From the human T2T-CHM13v2.0 reference genome, Homo sapiens: DNA of 64,000 bases. Where the stretch lies: the NCBI RefSeq assembly GCF_009914755.1, contig NC_060939.1; one strand, given 5' to 3'. Positions 12,490-28,435 of the stretch are shown here, one piece after another. Position numbers and translations under genes: made by a program. The stretch's first letter is position 1; each line of letters begins with the position of its first letter. The notes beneath the pieces were generated by a model. That model saw nothing but the letters and a program-made list of their open reading frames with translations, did not search any database and was not told the DNA's origin.

Positions 12490-13690
12490 GTTGCTTTAAC
12501 TTTTCCTTTGTTTTAGTCTGTTAACAACGTTATCGCTTTTCTTTTACTGACTTTAGATTTAATATATTCTTCCTTTTCTAGGTTCCAAAGGTGGAAACAC
12601 AGATGACAGATTTTTGGTCTTTTCGTCATTTCCTATATATGTGTTCAATAGTATTTATTTGCCTATATGTTCTGCTTTCCTTTCATCCTACAAATTTTGA
12701 TAAATTGTGTTTTTATTTTCATTTAGTTAATTTAAAAAAATTTCTCTGGAGATATCTTCTTTGATCCATATATTATATGGAAGTGTGTTGTTTAATCTCA
12801 ATGCGTTTTGGGATATTACAGTTATCATTCCATTCATCCTTTGATTTCTATTTTAATTCCACTGTGGTCTGACAGCTGACATTGTATGATTTACTTTTTA
12901 AAAATTGTTGGGGTATTTTTTGTCCCAGAATGTGGCACATTTTGCTGAATATTCCATGTGAGCTTAAGAAGAATGTGTCCTCTGGAGTAGTTGAGGGAAG
13001 GAGACTGTAGGTGTCAGTTATGCCCAGTTGCTTGTTGGTGCTGTTGAGTTCAGCTTTTCACTCCTGAATTACTGCCTGCTAGATCTGTCCGTATCTGATA
13101 TAGGGTTTTAATGTTTCCAACTATAATACTGAATTCATCTTTTTCCTTGTGGTTCTCTTGATTTCTGCCTCATAGTTTATGCTCTGTTATCAGGCTCACA
13201 GGCTTTAAGAATTAGGACATCTTCTTGGAAGAATGGCTCTTCATCTCTATGTAATGCCCTTCTTTATTCCTGATAACTTTTCTTGCTTTGAAGTCTGCTC
13301 TGCCTGTAATTCATATAGCTCCTCTTGTTTACTTTGATTAGAGTTAGCATCGTACATTTTGTTCCATTCATTTACTTTTATTTGTCTTTATATTTAGATT
13401 GGGCTTATAAATAACAGTTGTGTCTTGTTTTTTGATTCACTTTGTAAATCTGTGTCTTTTACTTGGTGCAGTTAGACCACTGACATTCAAAGTGGTAAGC
13501 GATGCAGTTGGATTAATATTTATCATATTTGTCAATGTTTTCGATTTGTTGTCCTTGTTCCTTCTTCATATTTTCATCTTCCATTCATTTTCTGGCTTTT
13601 GTGGTTCTCATTGAGCATTTTACATTTTTCCATCTCGTATTTATAAAAATATCAGTTATATATAATTTTAACTTTTTATTGGTGTAACAT
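12490..13690 (-). mobile_element. Old L1M ORF2 remnant
   Basis: Antisense L1 ORF2 motifs (ttccactgtggtctga, gaagaatgtgtcctctg, ttgctttgaagtctg). Confidence 0.7.
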
Positions 13691-13991
13691 TTTTATATTC
13701 TTAGTTTATTATAAGAGAAAGCAATTTCATGAAAAAATAGAAAAATTATTAAATAATATATGCCCATGTATATATCTTATGTATAAGTCTATATGTGTAC
13801 AGATATATGCACATGTGCATGTGTGTTTGTATATGTGTGTGTACATGTTTATATATACACATATATATATGAAGTGGATATCAGCAATAATGCAAAGGAC
13901 AGGAGAAAGGAATTAGGATTATTTGTTATAAGATACAGCAACTGTGAAGCAATATAACTTATTTGAAAAGTAGCTGAGTTTAGTATTTTTT

Positions 13992-15415
<1,424 letters not shown>

Positions 15416-15499
15416 TTATATGCAAGCAATATAACTTTATTTGAAAAGCAGGTCAGTTTAGTATTTTTTAGTTTTTATAGTTTTTATATGATTTTGATT

Positions 15500-16687
<1,188 letters not shown>

Positions 16688-16794
16688 CAAGGGGTCGGGT
16701 GCACTACCGAGGCTGCCTTTATGGAGAACCCTGCACTTGTCCCAAGCCTGAAACCCCCGAATTGCCGGGTCCAGGAAGACTGGAGGTGGTGCCT

Positions 16795-18877
16795 GATAGA
16801 ATGACTTCTTTTCATTTGGGTCCATGCCCAGTGGTGGGATTGCTAGATTGAATGGTAGCTCTGCTTTTAAAAGTTCATTGAGAAATCTCCATACTGTTTA
16901 CCATACAGGTTGTACTAATTTCCATTCCCACCAAGGGTGTCTAAGCATTCCCTTTTCACCTCATCCACACCAATGTCTATCATTTATTGACTTTTTCATA
17001 ATGATCCTTCTGACTAGGGTAAGATTGGTATCGCATTGTGGTGTTAATTTGCATTTCCTGATGATTAGTGATGTTGAGCATTTTTTTTTCATATGTTTGC
17101 TGGCCATTTGTGTATCTTCTTTTGCCTGTTCATGTCATCTCCCCACTTTTTAATGGGGTTATTTATTTTTTTCTTGCTGATTTGTTTGTGTTTCTTGAAG
17201 ATTCTGGATTAGTCCTTTGTTGGATGGACAGTTTCCAAATATTTTCTCCCATTCTGTAGGTTGTTTCTTTATTCTGTCGATTATTTCTTTTGCTCTGCAG
17301 AAGCTTTTCAGTTTCACTAAGTCCCATTTATTTGTTTTTATTTATGTTATAGCTGCTTTTGGGGTCTTAGTCAAACATTCTTTGCCAGGCTAATGTCCAA
17401 AAGATTTTTTCCTAGTTTTTCTTCTAGAATCTTTATGGTTTCGTGTCTTACATTTAAGTCTTTAATCCATCTTGAGTTAATTTTTATTTATGGTGACAGA
17501 TAAGGATCCAGTTTCATTCTTCTGCATGTGGCTATCTTATTTCCCAGCACGTTTTATTGAATGGGGTGTTCATTCCTCAGTGTATGTTTTTGTCTGTTCT
17601 GTTGAAAATCAGTTAATCGTAAGTATTTGGCTTCATTTCTGGGGTCTCTGTTCTGTTCCTCTGGTCTGTATGTCTACATTTATACCAGTACCATGTTAGT
17701 GTGCCAGCAGATGTTGTAATGGACTGTGTTGGTTGACCGTGGGCCAGAAGGTGGCACTTGCAGGAGAGAGCCAGCTGCAGTCACGGTGGTGGGATTTATG
17801 CTTAACCTTTGTTACCCAGGGGAAGTAGTCAGCTGATGGGAAGTGACGCGGAACTCTGAAAAGTCACTGTTCCTGTTCTGCTACTAGGACAGGTAGAGGG
17901 GCAAAGCCGAGTGTGGACTGGGTCAGGAAAGTCCATACTCTGCCTCTCCAAGTGTGGGTGTAAGTAGAAGCCACAGTGGGATTCAGTGGACAGTTCCCTG
18001 ACCACTGGGATAATGTTCCAGGGAGGAGAACACCCTCTGCTACATGAGAGTCTGTACATGGAGAGAGGGGTAGCAAGTGGCAGGTCAATTCCCACGACCT
18101 TGACACAGAAGGTCTTACACATGCAGACTTCTGCTGGCAAACACCCACGACAGTCAGCTAAGTCTCAGGCAGTCTAGGCTGAGAACACAAACCTGCCCCA
18201 GGCTGCAAGACTTCCCACTGGAGATTGAAACTGAAACGGTAGCTCTGAGGCCACACCCCTTGATTTGACATGTGAAGTAGCAGTACCCAACTCCCATGAC
18301 CCTGGCACAAGAAAGCTTCCTGCATGCCCCTTGGTTCGGGTCTTAGGGGGTTCATCCTCTGCTCAGTATTAGATCAAATACAAATCTTAGTTGGTCAGCT
18401 TCTCCCTCAGTTGGGAGCTTCTTCCAGTGCGTGACTGCTGCCTGGGTTACTTGGCTGATTTCTGCAAGATCTTCTGTGAATTAGGGTCAGGAATATCTTC
18501 CCTCTGTCCCTGCTGAGATCTGGGAGTGCACACGCAGCACACCCAGGTGCCACTCCTTCTTTCATGGTCCCCTCCTCTGTAAGTCAGCTCCAGTGCTGGG
18601 CAGGGTTAAGGCACTTCCCTGTGTCCTCGACTGCCTGGTTCCCCAGTGGGAATGTAACACAGAGAGAGTCTCCTCCTTTTGCACTCTGAAGGCTCAGTTG
18701 TCCATCTGACACATGGTGCAAGTTGCTGCCTGCTGCTCCTTTCAACAGGTTCTTTCACTTTTTCTGTTGAGTTCCTGGGTTTGTTGCATACAAATTCACA
18801 GTGTGAATCTCTAGATACTATTTTGCTCTTTCTAAGCAGGTGAGGCACACTAACAAAGTCTCCAATCTGCCATTTTG
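16795..18877 (-). mobile_element. Old L1 (L1PB/L1MA-like): ORF2 3' part (16795-17697) joined to 5'UTR (17698-18877)
   Basis: Antisense ORF2 motifs, then a GC-richer 5'UTR ending ctccaatctgccattttg, a typical reversed L1 5' terminus. Confidence 0.7.
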
Positions 18878-19084
18878 AAAAACAAAAAACAAAACAAAAC
18901 AAAAAATGCTCCACTTTATGAGCAGAATGTTTACCAAAAGTTATTTGGACCTTTCATCCTGAAAGTGTCTATTCTCCTCCAATCATCGTTGTATTTATGC
19001 AGTCATTTTTATCAGTATGCAAACATGGATATTTGTTTTACTCTTTCCTTCTACTACTTCATTTATTTGTTTAAATTGTTGCAG

Positions 19085-19291
19085 TGTTGGCTATTGGAAG
19101 GTCTTTAAGTTGGATCGTTTGTCATTTTGAAACACTACCATAATGAAACTTCGCTGTTGTTATATGGTTGGTTAGATGTTTGCACTGTTGGCTATTGGAA
19201 GGTCTTTCAGTTGGATCGTTTGTCATTTTGAAAGACTACCATAATGAAACTTCGCTGTTGTTATGTGGTTGGTTAGTTGTTTGCACTGTTG
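19085..19291. repeat. 101-bp tandem duplication
   Basis: Two copies with 4 mismatches; junction microhomology tgca(g/c)tgttg. Confidence 0.95.
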
Positions 19292-19517
19292 TTTGGCGTT
19301 TTATTTTTTCTGGCACTACTAGGTGCTTAAGCTAATTGTGTGGATTTCCTCACAAGCCTGATATTAAACATTTTTTTTTTCACAGAGACCTAGTTCTTTT
19401 TATGGGAAAATTGAATTAGAAATGGAGATCTGGGCTCTTGGCATATTCATTGCTCCTGGGGCATCTGTTGATTCGTGATCTTGTGTGCTGACAGAGCAAA
19501 TACATCTATGTACACTG

Positions 19518-19520
<3 letters not shown>

Positions 19521-19550
<30 letters not shown>
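19521..19550. repeat. (CA)15 microsatellite
   Basis: Seen directly. Confidence 0.98.
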
Positions 19551-19553
<3 letters not shown>

Positions 19554-21474
19554 ACATACACACGCACACAAATATTTTATCATGTATCTGTATCTTTAAG
19601 TTAAACATGAATTCCTAATAATCCTCCAGCACCCCATGATCTAATCCAGTACCACGTGAATCACTGCACCTATTCCCGCTTACTTGTATGTAGCCTACCA
19701 CACTAACAGTGATAAAGATGCTTCTGTTATTTAATCACATAATCTGAAAGACTTGTATAAGTGGTTTCAGAATTAGAAATGTATATGGCCATGAGAAATA
19801 ACTTTACCAACTAAAGTTTTTAGGGATAAATCTTTACCCTTTAGACTCAGAGTATCCACTTACTTGCTACGTTCCTTGGGTCAGTTGCTTTTCCACCACT
19901 CCATTCAGTGAGGTTATTTCACTGATGTGTTATTTCATTCTATTATGTGTATAGCCCCATGCTATCTGCCACCTACTCTAGGAGGTTTTTAATTTGTATA
20001 TTTTAAATTCATTTTTTGTATTATAAAGTTATTTAGGATTTCTAAAATATAATCATGCATTTATCATTACAGTATGATACCAGAATAATTTCACTGCCTA
20101 GAGCAAATCTGCTGTACCTCACCAATTTGACCTGCCTCTTTTCCAAGCTCCTAGTAAATACCAAACATTTTATTATCTGTATACTTTTTCACATTGCAGA
20201 GTGTCACACGACCAAAATCACACAAATATTTTGCCTTTTTAAATTTACTTTTTTTTGCAATATACCCTTTAGATTTGTGAAATGTATCTCATGGTTGTTT
20301 AGAGTTGCATGTTCCTAATGACAAAAGACTTAGACCTCATATGATGTGCTTACTAGACGTGACTATAGTATCTTTGGATACATGTCAGTTCAGATAGTTC
20401 ACCAATTTGATTGTGATATTTGCCTTTTTGAGTTGTAAAATATTTTATATATTGTGGCTAATAGATTGTTTTCTGCTATGTGATTGTGAAGATTTTCTTC
20501 TATTCTTTGCATTATCTTTTTACTTTTAATTATGTACTTTGAGTCTCAGAAGATTTTACTTCTCACAAAGTTAAATATATTCATTTTTTATTTCCTTTTC
20601 TTGGGCTTTAAGTATCATATCTTAGAAATTATAGGAGTTATTGTTTAACCTAAGACCCAAATTATGTATTTCTATATTATCTTCTAAGGGTTTGGTCTAT
20701 TTAGATCTTACATTTGGATATATGATTATTTTGAGCCAATTATGTATATGGTATGAGTGAGAAGTTCAACTTGCTTGTGGATATTCAATTGTCCTAGCAA
20801 CATTTGTTACAAATATATTTTTCCATATTGAATTGGCTTGGCAACCTTATAAAATCATTTGACTATAAAGGTAAAGATTAATTTTTGGACATTGAATTCT
20901 ACTATATTCCTTTGACCTGTATGTCCAAGTTTATACTATTATTGAGCCTTTAAATTAAATTATGATGATACTGAGTTTTTCATGGATGCCCTTTAAAATA
21001 AAGAAACTTTCCTTATAGGCTTAATTTGTTGTATACTGTTATCAAAAATGGATTTTGGATTTGTCAGGTGCCTTTCCTGCATCTTTTGAGATGATCATAT
21101 GGCTTTTGTTTTTTATTTTATTCTTATAGGTCATGACACTAATTATTTTATATGTTGAACCAAATTTGCATTCCTGAGACAAATACCCTTGATGATGGTG
21201 TATAATTCTTTTTACATTTGCTGATTTGTATTGCTAGCATTTTATTGAAGACATTTACCCTTTATTTATAAAACATATTGGTCTTAATTTTTCTTTCATG
21301 AAATGTCTTGCTTTAGTTGTAATGTCAGTGTAAACTAACTAATAGTATACATCAGGAAGTGATATCTTCTCCACTTTTACAGTTGTTTAAATTTTTATGA
21401 AGAGTTTGTGATAGATTTTTATTAATTATTTTCAGGTTTGGAATAGTTCACCAGTGAAGTCATCTCAACCAGCA

Positions 21475-21652
21475 CAGGGCCTTGACTCCTAACAACAATC
21501 ACACGAACTTGGAAGAGGAGCCTTCCCCAGCTGAACCTTCACTTGAGACCTCATCCTTGGCCATCATCTACATCTGGATTCATGATACAGAGAAACCGTG
21601 AGTAAGAGCCACTTAGTGTGTGACAATTTGTTATTCAGCAATAAATAATACA
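21475..21652 (+). mobile_element. MLT1 LTR fragment, copy B
   Basis: gagccttccccagctgaaccttcacttgagacctc..agaaaccgtgagt..taataca. Confidence 0.8.
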
Positions 21653-23786
21653 CCTGACAGTCAATGCAATGTGGTATCCTGGACAGAAAAATGACATTTT
21701 TTACTTAAAAGCCTAGTAAAATATGGAAAAAGCCTATACTTCAATAAATAGTTTTGTGCCAACTATTTTTTAGGGCTCATGGTTACATAATCTATTACGT
21801 TGCATGTAATTCAAAGATGTCTAAAGCTTTCTGTACTATCTGTGCATATTTCTGTGTATTTAAAATTATTTCAAAGAAAAAATGTTTTTGAAAAAAGTAT
21901 TAAATGTGATATGAAAAAAATTCCAAAGCACAGACAGAATAGCTTCAGCTCAGGAGATGAAAGGGCATGTAGAGAGAGAATAGCAAAGCATCCTTCCATA
22001 TTGATTTACCAACTTGAACACCGGTACACTTGCTTCAGGAAGATCCCCCCAAGTTCCAGAGACTCATCCTCTTTCATCTTCTTCATCATATTCCGCATTT
22101 TTCAGTCACCAGTTTTAGCATCTGGTGCTAACTACGTAACGATTTTTTGAAAGACAGATGCCTATTACTCACATGTCTCAAAAAGCCCCATTTTCAGATA
22201 TAATTTAGCAGGACTCCAACAAACAGACCAGAATTTATTGAGAGCTTGCAGTGAGGAGTGTCTTAATTCGAACACGACTATGTTGACAACACATCCTCTT
22301 GTGAGTGAAGCATTCATACAGAATGAGTCGCTGAAACTCAATAACACATGTCTACTGTACAAGAAAGGTAACAATCAATATAATGATCTAAAATTATTCT
22401 GGGGACATAGGGGACATGTGTCCAAGATTTATGAGATGTGAGCAACCAAGAGAGCGTGAACACTGATATTTTATAAGTGCTCCAAATCAGTAGATGGGCA
22501 TTTGATTTTCCAGTTAGGGCTGCAGTCAGGGTCTCTTGGCTTCAATACTGTACACGGAGAATTTCAATGACAGATCTTGGTTAAAATAACAACAGTAATA
22601 ACCCCTCATCTATGATATTGCAGCCTGGCACCATTTAACTTAATTTTACTGCGTATAAATAGCAACCGTATACTCCACGCAAACTAGAATGGCAGTGGAA
22701 TTGATGTAGTGAAGAAAGTGACAAATTATTTTCCAAATATAAAGCAAACTTCAGGTTTTATAGGGAAACAAATGGAGGTAAAAATATTTTTATCCTTATT
22801 TTTCTGATAATTCTGTTCTGCTCTTATAAATAGAAAGCTCCACTTTCATTATTTTATAATATAGTGAGTTTATCAGCCACATGTATGAAAATTGTAGAGT
22901 AAAAGTAGGTTTGTGTCGACTTGGTTGGTTCATTTGACTTACACGCATCATTTACTTTATCTCGAATGGTTATTTTTTAAGCCTTGGTTTTGGTACAACA
23001 TGTAAAAGTGTCAGTCTTTGTGCAATATTAAATCTTCACTCAAATAACGTTTCTTTGTGCCTTTGCCTTTGTTTCTGCGTTGCTCCTGTACTTCTGTGAA
23101 CCATATTTCAGTGAGTACTGATGACACTAGCAGTCCAGCCTGCATGGATGCTGACATGGATGCTGTCTCCCATTCTTACCACTGGATGTGAAGAAATGCT
23201 AGATGCAATCCATCCAATCTGTACTCGACTCTCAATTGCATCTTCTCAACTCACAGTGACTTCCAAAGTCCATGACACACCACAGCCTGGAACATCTCCC
23301 AAGGTGGTATCTTGAGGCAATGGTAGAGCTCATGTCACAGTATTGTATGTCTCAGGTATCACTGTCCTTCACTGTTTGATATAATCTCTCTTACAAACCA
23401 TTGTTCCATACATTTTGCCCCTTTTCTGTTTGTTTATACATGTGGTATGGCGTGTCTAAACCTCAGTGAGGATATTAGAATAGGGTTCTGCATATTTAGA
23501 GGTGTGGATCATTGGAAAGCATCTTAGAACCTACCTGCCACATGAAGTCCTGTCTAATCTGTATCAGTTTCTGGGTCTTCACTTATTTTTTTGCCCTTGA
23601 TCTTAGTGAAAAGAACTTGTCAGGTGTTCCATAGGATGTATCGCAATATGGATTTGTTATGTTTTTTCATAATTTGAGTAAGATTAAACATTCATTTATA
23701 CACGTATTTGTCTAATGTTGAAGACAAAAAACCTGAACAATATATTATTTGGAAATACAAATTTAGAAAATAATAATGAAGAATGA

Positions 23787-23946
23787 GGCTGGGCATGGTG
23801 GCTCATGCCTGTAATCCCAGCAATTTGGGAAGCTCAGGTGGGTGGATCACTTGAGGCCAGGAGTTTGAGCCCAGCCTAAGTAACATGGCGAAACCCCATC
23901 TCTACTAAAAATACAAAAATTAGCCGGGTGTGGTGGTGCATGCCTG
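23787..23946 (+). mobile_element. AluS, 3'-truncated (left arm + start of right arm)
   Basis: Stops at gcatgcctg with no tail or TSD and joins directly to L1M sequence. Confidence 0.88.
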
Positions 23947-24894
23947 AATGTTTCATATATTCTGGATAATAATCTCCTAACAGTTATATGACTTGAGAAT
24001 ATCTTCTTCCATTATTTCAGTTGTCTTGATGGTGTACTTTGCATCTTAAAAGGTATTGATCCACATGAAGTTCAATGTATCTATTTTTTTTTTCTGTCAC
24101 TTGTACTTTTGTGTCACATGTTAGAATCCATTGTTTCATGTAAGGCCATGAAAATCTATTTTTATATTCTCTTCTGTGGGATTTTTAGTTTTAGCTCTTA
24201 CATTTAGCCACATATTCTATTTTGAGTCAAATACATATATGGTGCAGGAAACAGTTTAACTTGCATGTGGATATCCCTTTCTCCCAGCAACATTTGTTGA
24301 AAAACTATTTTTTCATGTTGAATTAATTTTTCAACTTTGAAAATAAGTTTGCCCTATATATAAAGATTGATTTTGGGGTGCTCAACTCTATTCTGTTGGC
24401 TTATATGTCTTTCCTCATGTTATGTGAGTTTTCCATGGATGCTCTTTGTAGATTTAGAAAGTTTTCTTCTATGCCTAATTTTCCCAGAGCTTTTATCATG
24501 AATGGGTTTGGAATTTGTCAAATGCCTATTCTGTGTCTTTAGAGGTGACCATGAGTCTTTTTAAAAAATTCTGTTAGTATAGTTTATAACACCAGTTGTT
24601 TTTGTATGTTTAACCAGACTTACATTGCAGGGATAAATAGTTTTGCTCCTAGTGTATACTCCTTTTTATATGTTACTAGTTAATTTTGATAGTATTTCCT
24701 TGATAATTTTTGCCTGTTTCACATTGGTCTGTAATTTTCTTTTCTTGAAATGTCTTTGTCTAGCTGTGGTGTCAGGGAACACTGGCTTCATACATTGCAT
24801 TAGGAAAGGTTCTTTACTAGTCTGTTTTTATTGATTGTTATTAATTCCCAAAAGGCTTTGAATAACACACCAGTGAAGTCATCTTGACCTGGAC

Positions 24895-25062
24895 AGAAAT
24901 TGAATCCTCCCAAGAATCCCAGGAGCTTGGAAGGGGATCCTTCCCCAGATGAGCCTTCCCTTGAAATCTCTGCCAGGCATCTGACCTAGAGAAACTGTAA
25001 GTACTGTGTAGGGCTGGGTTGGAAAGTCTAAACTATGTAGACAACAATCGGTCAGTTATATG
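24895..25062 (+). mobile_element. MLT1 LTR fragment, copy C
   Basis: gagcttggaaggggatccttccccagatgagcc..agaaactgtaagt. Confidence 0.75.
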
Positions 25063-25858
25063 CCTGACAGTAAATGTAATGTGGTATCTTGGATTAGATC
25101 CTAGAACAGAAAAATGACACTAGTGGAAAACCTCATAAAATATGAAGAAAATCTTTTCCAGTTAATAGTTTTGTACCACTGTCAATTTCTGAGTTTTCAT
25201 AAATATGCTACGGTGATATAAGGTGCTAACATTTCAGGAAGCTGTAGGATATATGAAACTCTATTATCTTTACTACTTTCTATAAAACTAAAACTATGAT
25301 AAAATAAAAATATTTCTTGAAATGTAATATTCAGGTACCAGAAAATAAAACAACAATAACAAAGACAGATTTAAACCACAATAAAACCACAGATCAGAGG
25401 ATGAATGGAGATATAGGGAGACTATGGCAAAGTAGCTTGCCTTATTATCCCCCATTCCTACACAGGGCACCTGCTTCAGAAAGACACCATCAAGCTCCAG
25501 GGACACTCATCCACTTTCTTCTTTCCCATCACACTTCCCATTACCCAGTTATCAATTGTGTTCATAACCACTTTTCCAAGGAAAGACGCCTTTCTCACAT
25601 ATGTTAGAAGGCCCTGTTTTCAGGCATTTTCTGTCAGTGTCTTTGTAGGATCTCACTATAAAGACATTTTAGAAGACATGACTTCCAGACATTAGAAGAG
25701 AAGATTGAGAAACGCCAGTGATGGTGAACATAAATACTTGTGCATTAAGGGTGTTTTCTTAGTACAGGGATTACTTTTATTCCCCAAGTTTTAAAAGGAA
25801 ATGATGCCTTAAGCCTTTGAGAAAACACTGTGATAATTCAGTTTTCTTCGTCATGCAG

Positions 25859-26873
25859 ACTCCATCACGAATTTATGGGACCACACATTCTCTTGACACT
25901 CACATCATGGATCTATATTGTCTTGTGATATATTAATCTGTTCTCATGATGCTAATAAAGACATACCTAAGACTGGGTAATTTATAAAGGAAAGCAGTTT
26001 AATTGGCTCACAGTTTCACATGGCTGGGGAGGCCTCACAATCGTGGCAGAAGGCAAATGAGGAGCAAAGTCACATCCTACATAGCGGCAGACAAGAGAAC
26101 TTGTGCAGGGGAACTCCCATTTATAAAACCATCAAATCTTGTGAGACTTGTTTACTACCATGAGAATAGTATGGAGGAAACTGCCCCCATGATTTACTTT
26201 TCTCCACCTGGCCCTGCCCTTGACACTTAGGGATTATTACATTTCAAGGTGAGATTTGGGTGGAGACACAGCCAAACCATTTCAAGCGACAAGCCCAAAA
26301 GCCACAGAATAGACATTATCATGGAGGAAAGTTAACTAGATATGAAAAAAGTTTATAATCATGGAGTTGTAGGTTAATTCCTGCTCAAAAAGACGTGGAA
26401 ATGAGCCTTTAGACAGACATCAGATATATGAAGGTGAGGCATGTTAGTGATACAGAGTGTGTTGTGCAGAGGTGGAAATAGCCTAATAGAAAAAAGGAAA
26501 GAAAGTACAACGTACCCCAGCCCACCATGCAGTGATCTAAGAGATGGACAGAGGCTGAGAGCTGACTCTGGATATGTGCTGGATAAACAAAGATCCCCAC
26601 GGCAGGGAGGACTGTTTCATCTTTCCCAACACAGCTCCCTGTTTACAGGCCACACCACTTTACAGAGGAACACCAGGGATCTTCCAGGAACCATGCCCAC
26701 AAAGCTTACTAAGCCATGGGACTGCATACTACACTCCCAAGGACATCCACAAAGTCAAGACTCTTGCTTTTTCAGACTGTGATCATGGGCTACATTCTCC
26801 ATACCATGTTCATAGCTTCAGCGAGAAAACAAACTCCTGCATCCTGGAGACCTACAGTGAGAGACACAGCTGA
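25859..26873 (+). pseudogene. Candidate fossil secreted-protein gene, copy C (exon 25859-26330 split by THE1; exon from 26533)
   Basis: Acceptor tcatgcag|actccatcACG; (M)GPHILLTLTSWIYIVL[THE1]RQAQKPQNRHYHGG; phase-2 decayed donor; acceptor ccaccatgcag|; then open DLRDGQRLRADSGYVLDKQR.. Confidence 0.45.
25929..26284 (-). mobile_element. THE1C-like solo LTR
   Basis: THE1 consensus motifs (gctaataaagacatacc..ggccctgcccttgacac..gccaaaccat); decayed TSD tgtga/agcga. Confidence 0.9.
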
Positions 26874-28094
26874 CCTTGAACATATTTCTCACTTCTGAGA
26901 AGATTATAGCAGTAACTCAGGTGCTATTATTTGGGGCATTTATAATTCAGTAAACCTTCTTACTCCTCTAGTCTTACAATTCACCCCATAGGAAAGGATG
27001 GTTTCATTTAAATTGGCAATCTTAAGTCATGGAGGTTTGCTCTTTTTATTTCATTATAACAGGAGTTTCTATAAGGTAAGTGACTTGTACAATCCCATTT
27101 TCCTCTTCATTTCAATGCATATATATGGTCTATTATGATGTGTACTGTTAAGATCATCCATGACCAAATTCTTCAGGAAAAAAAAAATCACCAAGTGGCA
27201 GGCCATGAGGGAGACAGAAGTAGATGTGTAGAAGGACAGACTCATCCGTAGGTGGCAAGAGGGTTGAGGAGCTCTGAGTGCTCAGGGTTAAGACTGGAAA
27301 AGTGATTAGACATGAAACTCTGCTACCATAATGTCCCAGGCACAGAGGACACAGTGCTGAGCACTAAGCTCCTAAACATTACCATGAGTCTGGATTGGCT
27401 GAGTCTGGATTGGCCACCAGAATTCTCAGAAAGATGCCATTGAAAACACCCCATCATCCAACCACTTCCTTAGGCAAGAACCCAGTGCTGTCTCTGCCCT
27501 CTAGTCTGAATACTGAATCAAGTTTAAAGGGTGCATGACTCCTACACTTGAGATTAGGGCTTCTTGTTCACTGAATTGAGCCCTAGTAGAAGCTGAAACT
27601 CTCGGTACAAATATGCTCAACATTCTAAATTATAAATTATAAGAGTTTCCTCTTCATTCAGTACACTCTTTGGGGAACACCAAAGCCTTTTTCATTTTCT
27701 AAGTATCAACAAGTGGAGCTGACAAGAGTAACAAGTGGTCAGAGCAAGGCATTTCATGAAAACAGCAATGCACAGGCGTCTGCAGTCCCTGCTTACAGTG
27801 AGATTCACATGACCATCGTTCATGGGATACGAAGGATAAAAGGGGAGGGAGAAAAAAATATGCAGTTGATCTGGATGAAGAATCGGATTTGAAAGCAACT
27901 TAGAATAATCTCTGCTTATATTTCTAAGATTAAGGCAAAAAGTCTCAAGATACAGGATTTTCTGTCTTCAGAGAGTTGCACTCTGCTGCAAACTTTCAAG
28001 TAACACTTCACCATTTCTATCTTCCTTCTCCATGGGATCTTTGAGCCATAATTTATAAAATCACCTGTACGTCCCTTGTATTTTTGTTATGTCT

Positions 28095-28435
28095 AATAAT
28101 CTCTTGAGGTCTCTCTAGGGATAGTGACTATAAATTATCACCCTGCCCAACAGGACTCCAGGAAACTGTATCCTGGATGTTTACAGTGTGCCTTTCATGG
28201 GATACTTATTTATCCTGGTGGATACCCCAAAGCATAAGTGTACAATATTTGACCCAGCATCCTTCTCACAGGATATTTGTTTATACTGTCAGACACTCTT
28301 GTGGCACTTGTCAGACCTGTGTCCACTCCATTCCCACCAAGGTTGCCACAGTCTAGGGGAGCTCTGAGTTCAAAAAAAGTTGAGTTCACATGTGTTGGTC
28401 ATGTGAGACATGGAGGAGGCAACTCAACAAAGTAC
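28095..28435. mobile_element. Old ERV LTR fragment (MER67-like; family tentative), shared with copy E
   Basis: gtgcctttcatgggatactt..gacctgtgtcc..gaggcaactcaacaaa; paralog at 55440-55752. Confidence 0.55.

Larger units (their letters stand above)
22390..28435 (+). repeat. Unit copy C
   Basis: 22390-22720 ~ 39760-39984 plus 47330-47430; 22720-23420 ~ 49064-49820; core 25360-27170 ~ A 5310-6720; ends in the same LTR fragment as E. Confidence 0.85.
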
